Assembly: GCF_009914755.1 (NCBI RefSeq)
Contig: NC_060927.1
Length of the DNA: 64,000 nucleotides
Strand: one strand, 5' to 3'
Origin: the human T2T-CHM13v2.0 reference genome, Homo sapiens
Shown: in pieces, positions 27,961 to 40,399 of the stretch
Layout of the letters: every line of letters begins with the position of its first letter
Position numbering within the stretch: position 1 is the stretch's first letter
The notes under the pieces: generated by a model
The model's database searches: none
What the model saw: only the letters and a program-made list of their open reading frames with translations
What the model was told of the DNA's origin: nothing
Position numbers and translations under genes: made by a program

Positions 27961-28929
27961 AACAAGAAGTAACAATAAATAGTGTAGTAATTAAGCTGTG
28001 TGTCTCTATTACGTAACATAGTTCTTAAAACTGAGTCATGCTAATCATGTACTTAGAGGGGGCAATAAAGGAATCTGCAGTGGGAAATTGCGTAAATTAG
28101 TCAACTTAGAATTTTGTGAGTGAGGAGACAGTATTGAGAGCCCTCTATAGAGACAAACATCTCCTATGAAGTGTCTGACAACAGATTTCAAAACCTCTAT
28201 ACTAACACTTCAGACAATGCCAAAGCAAAGCAAGTCAAATTGTCTTTTTGATATTACCAGCCTCCACACATGTTGTTACCCACACAGGGTTGCTGTCACC
28301 TGAATGTCTCATTCACTCTCTACTCCCAACCGCTCACACTGCTACAAAGAGTCTTCACAACTGCACACACACAGCAAACAAACAAAACCTTTGGATGGAA
28401 ATTTTAAATCACTGTTCTTTTCAATTCTGCTTACTGTCTGAAGCAGTCTTAAGATACTGTATTAACTAAGAGATTCTTTATACAGGGGAAGCGCATCTGG
28501 GTAAACGGCTTCTCATTTGGGGTTTATTTTAACTACAGGCTCATGTCAATTTATTTTTCTCCTGATTGGCACTTAAGTTATTCAACTCTAATTTATTTCT
28601 TTATGGATTGACAACACCATGTTGTATGTAGCTCCCTCCCTAACCCCCTACAAAAGCCTCTATAACACCTATACCAAAGGACGCCTGACCAACCTTCCAT
28701 GAAATCTGGGGTAGTATAGTGTTGTAAAAATTCAAATGCAGGTGTTATAAGTCTATTTTGTGAAGAAAGAGATGATGGAGAAATGGCTGTTTCTCACATT
28801 ACCAAGTCCTGCTCCCTTTAAAATCTTCAAGCACATAAGTTTGAGAAACAATGTAATAAAACCACATTCACACTATAGAAATTACCTATTGCCCTTAGCA
28901 GCCCTTATGCAAGAATTATAACAACTACA

Positions 28930-29150
28930 GGGACTGAGCGTTGTTGAGGACTGACACTGTGTCTCATATCCTACTGAAAATGTTACCAACATTATGATAC
29001 CTAATCTTCATAACAATGCATGAGATGGGTACTATTGTTATTATCCCCATTTTAATGATAAGGAAACTGGGGCTCAAGATGATAAGGGGCTTGCCCAGGG
29101 TCACATAGCTACCAGGTTGGAGAGTCAAGATTCAACCTCAGCAATCTGAT
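28930..29150 (-). mobile_element. MIR
   Basis: GGTACTATTGTTATTATCCCCATTTTA..GATAAGGAAACTGGGGCTCA...CTTGCCCAGGGTCACA. Confidence 0.75.
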
Positions 29151-29293
29151 AGTATTACTCATGAAAGATATTAAGATTGCATTCATTCTCAAACAGACAA
29201 ATGGAAATTTGTTATGGGAATATAGAAACACTGTGACTTGGAACACACAGAGGCTTGAATTTCAACCCTAATTCTGCCACTGATTAGTCACGT

Positions 29294-29792
29294 TGTAGCA
29301 GGATGAGTCGCAGACAAAACTCCTCAGACACCAAATTAAAGAAGGAAGAAGTTTTTTATTTGGCTGGGAGCGTCGGCAGACTCACGTCTTAAGAGCCGAG
29401 CTCCCCGAAAAAGAAATTCCTAGCCCTTTTAAGGGCTTACAACTCTAAGGGGTCCACGTGAAAGGGTCATAATAGATCAAGTAAGCGTGAGGAACATGAC
29501 TGGGGGCTACATACATCAGCTAACAAAACAAAAAGTTTTACAATGCTTTCTCATACAATGTCTGGAATTTACAGGTAACACCAGTAGTTTTGGTCAGGGG
29601 TTAATATTATTATTATTATTTTAACCACCAGGGCCGGATGGTGGTGCCAAGGTCATCTAGCTATTTATCTTACCTCTGTTGCTTTCCAACTTTTTGCTTT
29701 CTCCCTTTTCTCCTGTCTTATAAACTAGGGAAAAGGGGAGGTTGGGGAGAAGCTGGGAAGGACAACAGGAGAAGTGGTGGTCTCATTTCATA
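29294..29792 (-). mobile_element. ERV1 HERV-I-class solo LTR (LTR15-like), inserted in a MIR
   Basis: Minus strand reads TATGAAATGAGACCACCACTTCTCC...GAGGAGTTTTGTCTGCGACTCATCCTGCTACA. Perfect 4-bp TSD ACGT (29290-29293, 29793-29796). Several CpGs retained. Confidence 0.85.
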
Positions 29793-30449
29793 ACGTGTCC
29801 TTAAACGTATTACCCTCTTGGAACCACAGTCTCTTTTTCTATAAAAAGGAAATGAAAAGAATATAGCATGGAAGAGTTGAAGGGAATATTAAACAAGAAA
29901 ATTCATATAAACCACAAATGCGTAATCCAATCTCCATGCATATTGTGAGCCCTCAATTATATTAGCAATAATGCACTCAGAAAATATATTAAATTTATAT
30001 TTTCATTAATAAGTGCATTTCTAGAGCTTAAGATAAGAAATCATGCAATTTTGATTGTAATGCCTTTGCTTGTGCACCTTTTCCTCATTTGATTACCTCC
30101 AACCATAAAACAAGACTTTCAAGTCTCCAGAAATGTGTGCAGAGAAACAAAAAGAAGCTGGTCATGACATAGAAAAGTCTGTATCCCATCAGGCATGATA
30201 AGAGGAGACAAGTTGAACGCGACATGCCGTGTTTTCATGCAGAAGTGAAGGTACTGAGGACATCTTCTAATCCCAGTCCAAGTAAGAGAAGACACTCATT
30301 TTCCAAGCTCCCATTGGTACTCACAGTACCTCTGGAAATGAAATATCTCATATGCATGATGGAATTAAGGAACTAGGAGTGTGCATTTCACTGAAGATGG
30401 GGCACATTAGGTACAGGTTGACTTACCCCTGACTTTGGTCTTCTCTTAG

Positions 30450-31170
30450 CCCTCACACGAGAGCTGCCTTTCTCTTCTCACTATAGAGACTCCCTAGGTT
30501 ACTTCATTCATTCTCATGGCTTCAGAGACCCAAATAGCTCCCAAGTCTATGCACCTAGCCTAATCCGTTCTTCCAAACTCTAGGTCATTTTGTTCATGTA
30601 GTTATTAGACATCTCCGTTTGGATTTCTCAAAGACACCTCAAATTCAATATGCTGAAAATGGAGCACACATTTCCACCAGTCTGCTTACTTGAGCATGGT
30701 TTCAGCATCACTCAATAGCATTTGCATTTACTCTTTATTCAAGCCAGCCTCTTGGGAAACATCTTTGCCTTTCTTCACTTCCTCATGGCCCATGTCCATT
30801 TTGTCATCAGAACTCCTTAGTTCCTCTGACTAATTCTCTTTCATCTTTTCCCTTCTTTCCATCTCAATTTCTATCCAATAACCAAGCTGAAGCCATTATC
30901 ACCTTTTCACCTTGATTACTGAAGGATCTTCATTCTTATTGCCTGAAGTCTTTATCATACACAGCCTCCAAAAACTAATCTAAGTCCTCCTGTTGTTGGC
31001 TACTGTACATCTTGTTCTTCCCTCTTTGGAACACAAATTCCCACTTTAAATTACATTTTAATACTATCTTTATTTCTGTACAACAAATGCTGCATGAAGG
31101 CAAAGTTCATGAAGGTCTTGTTCACAGCTGCATGCCAGTGCCCAGCACAATGACTGGTACAGATGCTCAA
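30450..31170 (+). mobile_element. L2 fragments
   Basis: CTCCCAAGTCTAT...GACATCTCC.TTTGGAT.TCTCA..GACACCTCAAATTCAATATG; TGCCCAGCACAATGACTGG. Confidence 0.65.
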
Positions 31171-32469
31171 ATAATTCATGTCTTTTGTACTTATGTAGTG
31201 GGACAAGATCAAATCAAAGATGGATTTATGTTCCAATTCCAGCTCTACTATAATCCTAAATTTAAGTTCCCAAATCTGAAAACAGGAATTACAAGAACTT
31301 AACTTCACAATGTAATTTGAGAATTATATAAGAAATGCATGTAGAGCACTTAGCACAGAATTAGTTCTGAATAAGTATTAGTTCTAACAATTGAAAGGAT
31401 TGATGTGAGATACAGATTTGGTGGGCCATCTCTTGAACACTTCACTGTTAAAGTGGAGAAATTAAGACAGCACAGGAACAATTCCCAGACTTACACTTGA
31501 GCATTGTTTATGTGTAAAGGACATTCTTTTGTCCTGAGTGTATCACAGACTCAATTGACTATCTCTACCCTAAGTTTTCTGTAAAAGGATATCAGAGAAA
31601 AGTTGAAGTCTTGTACTTGGTGGAACCAGTCAAAAACCTGATGTTTTTAATGTTATAGAGGCTACAATAATCTCTATCAACAAAACTGAATTGGCAGTGA
31701 ACTCTTCTAAGCATTTGTATCGTCTGAAATCAATAAACTTAAGTTTTTATGTTGTTTTACTTTTGAGTTGCTAGTGTTATGTGAAGTGGTAACTTGAGAT
31801 TGGTGTGGACTAAGTTTTTGCAGCAATTAAAGGACTGTTCCGAGGAAGGCTCAACAATTTCCTCTGTACTTCTTTCTGTCTAAATACAGCCTCTTCTAGC
31901 AATGAGCTTGTTACAAGCAGTAGAAGAAAATGTAAATATTTTCTTGGCTGCTATTTACAAGAAACTGAATATAAACAGATTCAACCATAGAACCTTATTA
32001 GATACCATACCTAAGATGTCTGTTTTACAGTACATTGAAGAGCTTTTGCCCCCTTCTTTGTGTTCATGTGCTGTGAATTTTTTTCTTCCATTTTGATACA
32101 AAAATAAAGAAGACCTCAAGCAGAAATTTGTTCTATCTATGACTTTTTCTAATATTCCTGGAAGGCACAAAACATGTATCAGGATGAATTTACACATAAC
32201 TTGTGACCAAAGGTAGAATTACTCAATATACTACATGATTATTCTGATGGGAAAACACTACAAATGGCTTTTCCAGCCTGCTGACTGACTGACAGAATTT
32301 GGTATACATTTCAGAGTTAACACCATGTGTCTAAAACTAGTCATTTTTGCGGACTTCATTTTGCATTGTCTGTGGAATTCAAGAGAAACATGTCTAATAC
32401 TACCTCCTGTCGAAACCAAAAATGATACATGAAAGGCCCAAGAAAATGCCAAATCAGAAGATTCATTCT

Positions 32470-33030
32470 GCAAATACTTACTAACACTCTCTAATACTGA
32501 GCATCAGATAGAGTGACCAATAGGACATGATTTCTGCTTCAATGATTATAAAGTTCAGGGGAGATGACAGGCAAATTGGTGATTACAAAGTTGTGTGATG
32601 TGTGCTCTGATGGAGATGAGCCCAGAGTGCTCTGAGAGCAGAGGTTAGGGTGTTAAATGATGGAAGCAGGAGGGTGTTCTAGATGGCTTCTCATCAGAAC
32701 TAACATCCAGTCTGGGACTCTAAGTGACTAGGTAAGAGGATGGGATCGAATGTCCATGGCAGAAACAATGGCATGTGCAAAAGCCCAGCGTCAACAAGAA
32801 GGATCCTAATGAATCCAAGGAGCTGCAAGAAGTTCAATGTGCCTGGGTAGAGAAGGGTGTGGGATGGGTCTGGAAAGAAGTGAGACTGGAAATCTCATTA
32901 GGAATGAGCTCATGCAGCAGCCTGGTAGCCATGGTGGATATTGAAACTGCCCAAGAGCAGTGGAATCAGGCACTAAAGGGTTTTGTGTCAATGAATGTTA
33001 TGGTTAGATCTGTGTTTGGATGTCTCACTA
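32470..33030 (-). mobile_element. L2 fragment
   Basis: CATTC..CAAATACTTA...GGCAGAAACAATGGCATGTGCAAAAGCCC. Confidence 0.6.
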
Positions 33031-33439
33031 CATAGCACAGGAATTAAATTGTTTCTAGTATAATTGCTATTCATTGTACTTAGAGCCCAAATTTCTAACC
33101 AATACAGAGAATAAACCCAAGAAATGTCAGAAAGGAAACAGGTCCATTCTGATTTTTAGGTCAATGCTCTGATATTTAGGGTAACAAAGTTACATCACAG
33201 TTTTGCTGGCAAAAACTAGAGTGGAGATTATGAAAGAAGTAGTATCTCCAATAGGAAATCTTGGCATCTTAGCCACATGACTGTGAATGCATGCTTTTGG
33301 TTTTGCATCAAGGATCACTATGGCAAGGGGAGTGTTCATTCTACTTATGCAGAAAAAGTAAGAAGGACTGAGAATAACATATCTTAACCATGTAAAAACA
33401 GGCCCTTCATATAAGGGAAATTAAAGAGTACGATTAACC

Positions 33440-33612
33440 TCCTGCCAGACTACATGTTAGAATCACCTAGGGAGATTTTTTAAAATATCAGTGGCTTGGC
33501 CACACCCCTAGATATTTTTACTTGATTGAGCTGAAGCAGGGTCTAGACATTTGCATTTTTTAAAAGCTCCATGAGGGATACTAAGGGATAACCAGAGTTG
33601 AGAACCAAAGCT
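33440..33612. mobile_element. MER5-type hAT element
   Basis: TTAGAATCACCTAGGGAG...TTTGCATTTTTTAAAAGCTCC...GTTGAGAACCA. Confidence 0.7.
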
Positions 33613-33950
33613 GTAGTGGTTAAGAGCACGGGCTGGGGAATAAGGTAGAATGGATTGAAATTCTGGCTCTTGCTGAAAACAAAATTATTTCTGTTCTTTT
33701 AATTTCTAATTTATAAATCTTCCATGTGGCATTAAAGGTGACTTATATAGATATTTCCATCACAACCAGATAAAGTGTAATGTAGACATGAAAGGAATTC
33801 AACTCTTATGCCCTGCCCTTAGTTTCTTCATTTGTAAGGTGGGCATAACAGTATCTACCTTATATGATCTACGCAAGCTTTGAACATGTTAATAAGTAAA
33901 AAGATTTATAAGTACCTGGCATATAAGTGTTTGATAGATGTAAGCTATTG
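33612..33950 (+). mobile_element. MIR interrupted by a ~125-bp insert
   Basis: GTAGTGGTTAAGAGCACGGGCT head. The core resumes at ~33815 (CTTAGTTTCTTCATTTGTAA). Confidence 0.7.
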
Positions 33951-35629
33951 TTCTTAACTCAGGTGAAGTTCATAGGAGAAACAGGACAGAGAGGAGAGAA
34001 ATCACAAAGCATGTTTCAAAGACACCAATTAGTTTGGCTGAGGCCTCAGGGAGTAATAGGTAAAAAACTTACAAAGTCAAGTTGGGGCCAAATTTCTTTC
34101 TTGAGCTCCAGGCTAATGTTGAAATTTCAGCAAGTGTTCATTAATTGGTCATCTAATAATGTAGTCCCCAAGCAGGTAAGACCAGCAGGTGTATATTGTA
34201 CAAAATAGAATAAATTTAAGGATTGCTCAGAGTTCATTCCAAAACTTGGGCTCTGATTTGAATTGAACCCAAATGTGGAACCAACAGATGTCTCTGTGGA
34301 AAGTTGTGATTAAGTCAACATAGAGCTTCACAAATGAACAGCGAGTCACTGGTTATGAATAACCCCTGGCACTCAGGAAGGCAGATGCCTTTCCTGGTGA
34401 CACCTTGGCTCTTGTTAACAGATACAGCCAGCTCCACTTCTGTTGTCCAGATTTTGCCCACTTTATTAGAAAACTCTAAATAGTGCTGAAAACTGTTTCT
34501 GTTCTTTCTCTTTTTATTTATAAATATTTTATAAAAGAGCAAATGTAACTTACATGGACAAATCCCACACAGCAATGTAAACATAAAATGTAATATAGAC
34601 ATGAAAGAAGTAAGAAGACAGGGGAAATGAGGATGAGATGTTTAAAAGAAAGCTGGGAGGGAACTGAGAGAAGGTCACGCAATCCTATAAATATGCCACC
34701 AATGCATCGCAAGTTTGGCTGTAAGCCTTCTAACAGGCAATGCAAAGAGGGAAACAAGATTGGTTACAAGATTTAGAATGTTCCCAGCTTAATCCAGGCT
34801 GTTGCTTAATAGCACAATAACATTGTGCTATTCTTGGCACAATGTTAAAGAGAAATATGTCCAGGTCTACATAAAGAGAATATAGTTTAAAATAGTTGTA
34901 TTAGTCCATTTTCTTATGGACTTTCTTATGGTCCATTCTCTTATGTTGCTTGTAAGAGAATATCTGCATCTGGTTAATTTATAAATAAAATTATTTCTTA
35001 CAGTTCTGAAGGCTGACAAGCCTAAGGCCAAAGGGCTGCATCTCGTAAGGGCCTTCTTCCTAGGAGTGACTCTGTAAAGTCCCAAGGCAACACAGGGCAT
35101 AACATGGCAAGGGGACGGAATATGCCACCTCAATTCTCTCTTTCTCTTCTTATAAAGCCACCAGTTTCACTCTCATGAAAACCCATGAATCCATTAAGGA
35201 ATTCATTCATTAAGAAATGAATTCATTGATAAGGGCAGAGTCCTTATGACCCAATTACCCCTTAAAGGCCCCACCTGTCAATATTGCCACACTGGGGATT
35301 AAGTTTTAACATAAGTTTTGGAGGGTACAAATTTTCAAACCATAGCATTCTACCCCTGGCCTCCCGAAACTCATATCCTTGTCGCATACAAATATATTCA
35401 TTTCAACCCCATAGCCCTAAAGTCTTAACTTGTTCTAGCACCAACTCAAAAGTCCGTCTACTTTTTTGTGAAATCAAAACAAGGCATCTACTTCCAAGAC
35501 ACACGGTGGGAGAGACATAGGGTACACATTCCCATTCCAAAATGGAGAAATAGGCTAGAAGAAAGGAGTAACAGGCCCCAAGCAAGTCCAAAACCCAAGA
35601 GCAGACATTAAGTAATAAGACTCCAGATT

Positions 35630-35916
35630 AGCCATGTGCAGTGGCTCATGCCTGTAATACAAGCACTTTGGGAGATGGAGCTGGGCAGATTGCTTGAGCC
35701 CAGGAGTTTGAGACCAGCCTGAGCAACAGACAAAACCCTGTCTCTACTAAAAATACAAAAATTCATTGGGTCTGGTGGCACATGTCAATAGCCCCAACTA
35801 CTTGGGAGGCTAAGGTGGAAGTTTTGCTTGAGCCCAGAGTGGGAGGTTACAGTGAGCCAGGATTGTATCACTGCACTCCAGCCCAGGAAACAGAGTGAGA
35901 CCTTGTCTCAGAAAAA
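35630..35916 (+). mobile_element. AluJb inside MST-int
   Basis: GATTGCTTGAGCCCAGGAGTTTGAGACC. TSD AAGACTCCAGA at 35617 and 35917. Confidence 0.9.
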
Positions 35917-36911
35917 AAGACTCCAGAATAACAGAATAGTCTCCTCTGGCTCCATATCTGCATTTTCTGCACACCAGTTGTGGTTGGGCCCCCAAGGCCT
36001 TGGGCAGTCCAACCCCTGTGGCTTGGCTGGACTCAGTCTACCCAGCTCACTTAGGGTTGCATTGCACACTGTTCTCTCTACAGTTATGGGGTCTTGGTGT
36101 TAGTCCCACTCCCATGGCTCCATTAGGCATTGTTCTGGTGGGGACTCCCTGGAGCACCTTCAACGCACCTTTCCACTCAGCATTGCTCTAGAGGAAGTTC
36201 TCTGTGGTGGCTCCACCCCAGTGATAAGTCTCTGCCTTGCCCTCAGGTTGTCTGACACATTCTTTGAAATCTAGGTGAAGGCTGCCATGCTTCCATAGCT
36301 CTTGTTTTCTGCAAGCCTGCAGAATTAGCACCACTTTGGTGACACCAAAGTTTATGGCTTGCATCTTCTGGGGAGTGGGTTTCATCTCAATTAAGGCCAC
36401 TTGAGCCACAGCTAGGATGGCCACACATTGCTGTACCAGGGTTCTGGGAGCAAAGTGTCGTGGTATCCCTGAGCAGCAAGCCCATGTAGAGAGTGTCAGG
36501 CCTGTCCCCTGAAATCATTCTGCCTTCCTAGCCCCCTGGGCCTGTGATGGGAGCAGCAGCCTCAAAGATCTATAAAATGCCTTTGGGATCTTTCTTCCAT
36601 TGTCTTATGGAATAATACTTGGCTCCCTTCTATCCATGCTAATCTCTTTAGGAAACAGTCACTGGGCTACACCATTGGTTTTTCTCTCCTGAACATGCTT
36701 TTTCACTTTTTACATGGCCAGGCTGAGAGTTTTCCAAATCTTTCTACTCTTCTTTCTTTTTATTTGTAAATTCTGTCTTCAAATTATTCTTTTCCTCCCA
36801 AATCTCAGTGTAAGTGGACAAATGTGACCATGAAACGTCTATATTTTGCATAGAAATTTCTTCTGCCACATACCCTAGTATATCACTCTTGAGTTTGGCC
36901 TTCTACAAAGC

Positions 36912-36957
36912 TGTATTAGTCAGGGTTCTCTAGAGGGACAGAAGTAATAGAATATAT

Positions 36958-36998
<41 letters not shown>

Positions 36999-37382
36999 TT
37001 TATCAAGGAGTATTAACTCACACAATCACAAGGCCTTACAACAGGCCATCTGCAGGCCGAGGAGCTAGGAAGCCAGTCTGAGTCCCAAAGCTGAAGAACT
37101 TGGAATCCGATGTTTGAGGGCAGGAAGTATACAGCATGGGAGAAAGATGTAGGCTGGAAGGCTAAACCAGTCTAGTCTTCTCAGGTTCTTCTGCCTGCTT
37201 TTATTCTGGCTGTGCTGGTAGCTGATTACATTGTGAATGCCCAGATTAAGGGTGGGTCTGCCTTTCCCAGCCCACTGACTCAAATGTTAATCTCCTTTGG
37301 CAACACCCTGATAGACACACCCGGGATCGATACTTTGCATCCTTCAATCCAATCAAGATGACACTCAGTATTAACAATCACA
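36912..37382 (-). mobile_element. MLT2A1 LTR (3' LTR of HERV-L) with internal (TA)n
   Basis: TGTATTAGTCAGGGTTCTCTAGAGGGACAGAA...CTCAGTATTAACAATCACA. Directly followed by HERV-L internal sequence. Confidence 0.9.
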
Positions 37383-38520
37383 AGTCCATTCCTTGTCAAC
37401 TTGAATGCATATACAACTCCTGAGATCATACATAATCTTCAAATAAAGACAATAATAAGATCATAATTATGCCTAACATAATACAACTTCCTTTGAACAA
37501 CTGGAACTGCACCAATCCCCAACTCAAATGCTATTACATAAAGTTAACAACACTTAAATGCCAATATGAAATTGATATGGTTTAGCTGTGTCCCCCCCCT
37601 CCAAATCTCATCTCAAATTGTAACCCCCACAATTCCCACATGGCATGGGAGAAACTGGGTGGGAGGTGATTGAGTTATGGGGGCAGATCTTTCCTGCACT
37701 GTTCTCATGATAGTGAATGAGTCTCAAAAGAGCTGATGGCTTTAAAAACAGAAGTTTCCCTGCACGAACTCTCTTCTATTGTCTGTCACCATGTGAAACA
37801 TGCCTTTCACCTCCCACCATGATTGTGAGGCCTCCCCAGCCACACAGAACTGTAAGTCCATTAAACCTCTTTCTTTTGTAAATTGCCCAATCTTGGATAT
37901 GTCTTTATCAGCAGCATGAAAATGGACTAATACAGAAGTCAATAAATTTTAGGTCACATGATAAAGGAAAAAGGAAACAAAATGAAGATTTTTTATAGCA
38001 CAAGTGTATACATGCACAAACATGTTTTTAACAACAGGAGGAGGAAATATGACAATTACAGCCCTCGTTTCTGCAACTGGTCACGTGGTCATAGCTGGTA
38101 TTAATGACTAGTTTCTTCTACTACCCATTCTGTATTCCCTTTGCCTTCAGCAAATGCCTCAAGAGGTCATGAATTTTTCCTGGTAGAGTGACCCAAACCT
38201 TCATTCCTGAAGGGTCTGGGCCATTTGTAGTCCTGCCTGGATTGGACTGTTGTAGTTTCCCATTGACCTTAGTCACAGGGAATGGTAATACTAAGATCTC
38301 TTGTATTCCACACATACTCTTCCTTACCTCCATTGTGGAATAGTAGACTGATTTTATCTTGATAATACAGGTCAGTCACCGCAGCCAACACTGTAACCCC
38401 CTTCTTAGCCTGTTGACTTAAAGGTAGAGGAGCCCAAAGTGTCCAGGTGGCAATCTTAACTTCCAATTTAATGGAATCATTGTTGTGTCTCCTGGTGGCA
38501 GTGTTCCTCCCTCTGGAACT
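37383..38520 (-). pseudogene. HERV-L internal 3' region (dUTPase-containing), interrupted by THE1
   Basis: Minus strand encodes VPEGGTLPPGDTTMIPLNWKLRLPPGHFG and KVNGKLQQ..PGRTTNGPDPSGMKVWVT, typical of ERV-L. Confidence 0.85.
37573..37934 (+). mobile_element. THE1A/B solo LTR inside HERV-L
   Basis: TGATATGGTTTAGCTGTGTCCCC...GGACTAATACA. TSD GAAAT/GAAGT. Confidence 0.9.
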
Positions 38521-39553
38521 ATATCTGACTAAAATTAAGGGATCTTCTACCTCAGTAAAATTTCTAGGGGTCCAGTGGTGTTGGGTCTGTCGAGATATTC
38601 TTTCTAAGGTAAAGAATAAGTTGCTGCATTTGGCCACCCCTACAACCAAGAAAGAAACACAAGGCCTAGTGGGCCTATTTGGATTTTGGAGGAAACATAT
38701 TCCTCATTTGGGTGTGTTACTCTAGTCCATTTATCAAGTGACCTGAAAGACTGCCGGTTTTGAGTGAGGTCCAGAACAAGAGAAGGCTCTGCAACAGGTG
38801 CAGGCTGCTTTGTAAGCTGCTCTGCCACTTGGGCTATATGACCCAGCAGATCCAATGGTGCTTGAGGTGTCAGTGGCAGATAGTGACACTGTGTGGAGCC
38901 TCTGGCAAGCCCCCATAGGTGAATCACAACAAAGGCCTCTAAGATTTTAGAGCAAAGCCCTGCCATCTTCTGCAGATTACTACTCTCCTTTTGAGAGATA
39001 GCTCTTGGCCTGTTACTGGGCTTTGGTGGAAACTGAACGTTTAACTATGGGTCATCAACTCATCATGCAACCTGAACTGCCTATCATGAACTGGGTACTT
39101 TCTGACCCATCTAGCCATAAAGTGGGTTGTGCACACCAGCATTCCATCATCAAATAGAATTGATATATACATGATCGGGCTCGAGAAGGTCCTGAAGGCA
39201 CAAGTAAGTTACATCAGGAAGTGTCTCAAATGCCCATGGTCTCCACCTCTGCCACCCTGCCTTTTCTCCCTCAGCCTGAACTGAGGGCTTCATGAGGAGT
39301 TCCCTATGATCAGTTGACGGAGGAAGAGAAGACTAGGGCCTGGTTCACAGATGGTTCTGCATGATATGCAGGCACCATCTGAAAGTGGACAGCTGCAGCA
39401 CTACAGCCCCTTTCTAGGACATCCCTGAAGGACAGCAGTGAAGGGATATCTTCCCAGTGGGCAGAACTTTGAGCAGTGTACCTGGCTGTGCACTTTACAT
39501 GGAAGGATAAATGGCCAGATGTGTGATTATATACTGATACATGGGCTGTAGCC
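38521..39553 (+). pseudogene. HERV-L pol fragment (RT thumb/connection to RNase H), inverted relative to its provirus
   Basis: + strand TKIKGSSTSVKFLGVQW...GLVGLFGFWRKHIPHLGVLL, then YSPFER and AWFTDGSA motifs, with stop codons. Confidence 0.9.
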
Positions 39554-40399
39554 TAGTCTTCCTGTTTTCTTAGCCCTCACCAGAATCCTGCTGCTCCAAA
39601 TTCTTCCAGCCTCTGCCCATTATGCAGTTGCAAAGTTGCTTCCACATTTTCAGGTATTCATGATCACCACCACCCCACTCCTTATATCAATTTTTTTAAT
39701 TAGTCCATTTTCTGTTGCTTATAACAGAATCCCTGAAACTGAGTAATTATTAAAGAAAAGGAATTTATTTCTTACAGTTGTGGACACCCAGGAGCTAGCT
39801 GCATCTGGAGAGGGCTTTCTTGCTGGTGGGGACTTGGACCAGAATCCCAACGTGGCAAAGGGTATTACATGTCAAAGGGGCTAAGCTAATGTGCTTGCTC
39901 AGGTCTCTCTTCCTCTTCTTCTAAGGCCATCCATTCCCCTCCAAAGACAACTCATTTATCCATGAGGGGATTAATTCATTCATAAGGGCAGAGCACTCAT
40001 GTGACTCAGTCATCTCTTGAAGGCCCCACCTCTCAATACTGTTAAGTTTTAGCATGAGTTTTGGAGGAGACATTCAAACTATAGCAATACTAATATTCTT
40101 ATCACATTTCAATAACCCAGTAGAGTTTATGACACGTAGTGGCTACTAGTGAGTGAATGAAGGAAAAAAGAAAGAGGGAGGCAGGGAGGAAAGGGAGGAG
40201 AAGAAATCTATATTCTAAATCTACAAAATGTATGGGATGCTTTGCTAACAATAAGGTAGTATACACAAAATGGCTCAGTGTAGCCATCAGCACTCAACTA
40301 GTCTGACTGAAACCAGAAATGGATTTTAGTGCCTGCAGAAAAGAATAGATTAAATATCTCACAGGCAATCTTTACTATAAACTGTTTCTCTCCATCAGA

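Larger units (their letters stand above)
34897..40086 (-). mobile_element. Two-LTR MaLR provirus (MSTC-like LTRs at 34897-35347 and ~39696-40086 plus MST-int) with nested insertions
   Basis: Two similar LTRs (TTAGTCCATTTTCT..GTTGCTT.TAA...CAAAC.ATAGCA). MaLR internal sequence adjoins each LTR. TSD ATAGT/ATACT. Confidence 0.85.

Noticed and set aside
38447-38725. 92-aa ORF spanning the inversion junction
   Set aside because: Chance fusion of antisense dUTPase and RT sequence, ending at a premature stop. No evidence of expression.
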